34,112 nt of DNA from a virus (lineage: Duplodnaviria; Caudoviricetes). The notes under the pieces were generated by a model. The model worked only from the letters and a program-made list of their open reading frames with translations, was not told where the DNA came from and did no database searches. Every line of letters starts with the position of its first letter. Within the stretch, counting starts at the first letter, position 1. A program made the position numbers and the translations under genes. Positions 33,735-34,112 of the stretch are shown piece by piece. The stretch is taken from IMG/VR virus record IMGVR_UViG_3300012663_000275, positions 1 to 34,112 of that record, one strand, 5' to 3'.

Positions 33735-33754
33735 TTAAGAGGAATATCATATGA
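33572..33754 (+). CDS. Small membrane-anchored hypothetical protein, 60 aa
   Basis: N-terminal hydrophobic helix then coiled coil; promoter upstream. Confidence 0.6.
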   Translation: MPRPYMKIIVISLLFVGSNYLSYDLGYVDGVRDIIHNIRELQEEIQHQRSIDPAVKRNII

Positions 33755-34011
33755 CCCTTCCTGACGAAAGATATCGTGCAGTGCGTGAAACTAGGCGGTT
33801 CCTACAAAGCTTGTGCAGCAGTAGTGCAACGCCCGGGATACCCAAAGTCATACGTAGTCAAGCTTTAGGGCTGCTGCGTCACTATCCCGCTGACTGGGAT
33901 CTAGAACTCTTAGCTGCTGCTGCACCTGAGATACTTGCGCAGCGATTGGATCCCGTCACAGAGTTTGTGGTCAGCAAGAGCCGAGCAGAAGAACAGACTA
34001 AGCCAAAATAG
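33751..34011 (+). CDS. BPSL0761-like family protein
   Basis: MTLPDERYRAV...FL...A..LLRHYP pattern; SD GAGG. Confidence 0.7.
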   Translation: MTLPDERYRAVRETRRFLQSLCSSSATPGIPKVIRSQALGLLRHYPADWDLELLAAAAPEILAQRLDPVTEFVVSKSRAEEQTKPK

Positions 34012-34040
34012 TTGCAGCCCTAGAGAAAAGGTGTTATACT
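34012..34040 (+). promoter_or_regulatory. sigma70-like promoter for the tRNA
   Basis: TTGCAG-17-TATACT with extended TG. Confidence 0.55.
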
Positions 34041-34050
34041 ATGCGTAGTC

Positions 34051-34112
34051 GGGCTTGTAGCTTAATGGTAAAGCAGTCGACTCATAATCGATTGAGTGGG
34101 AGTTCAATTCTC
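34051..34112 (+). tRNA. tRNA with CAT anticodon (probably Ile2/lysidine type; Met not excluded), truncated by window end
   Basis: GGGCTTG-TA-GCTT-AATGGTA-AAGC-A-GTCGA-CTCATAA-TCGAT-TGAGT-GGGAG-TTCAATT-CTC; the CGA-CTCATAA-TCG arm resembles bacterial tRNA-Ile2. Confidence 0.9.

Noticed and set aside
1-34112. Stop-codon reassignment (alternative genetic code)
   Set aside because: Known genes are full length under the standard code; TAA, TGA and TAG all appear as genuine stops
1-34112. Bacterial chromosome origin because of many host-like genes
   Set aside because: isc lacks iscRS/hscBA, clpP lacks clpX/tig, and genes are interleaved with tail, spike and head-type proteins under TAAATA promoters

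Overview
This window is part of a large T4-like (probably jumbo) dsDNA phage genome, most likely infecting an aquatic proteobacterium. The evidence is dense gene packing, a TAAATA late-promoter motif before about 19 genes, tail/spike proteins, phage-type nrdAB, DNA ligase and exonuclease, and no host core-gene context. It carries many host-like auxiliary genes: cspA, grx, iscA/iscU, Fe/Mn SOD, class II aldolase, hemA (ALAS), clpP, yqgE, ybaN, a cupin, an alpha/beta hydrolase, an NDP-sugar epimerase and a porin-like protein. The most striking element is missed by the ORF track and lies on the minus strand at about 345-1390. A late promoter precedes four tiny (21-34 aa) related Lys/Arg-rich peptides, then cspA, then a complete circularly permuted (two-piece) tmRNA encoding an unusually long 28-aa tag ending in LAA; a phage ClpP is encoded elsewhere in the window. 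Other highlights are a candidate pseudoknotted ncRNA at 18744-18840, T4-like capsid-targeting leaders on nine proteins (including SOD and a HiPIP-like Cys protein), a PAAR-peptidase M15 fusion, widespread leaderless genes, and a repeat-rich non-coding region near 33 kb followed by a truncated tRNA(CAT). All family assignments come from motif recognition by eye; no database searches were run.
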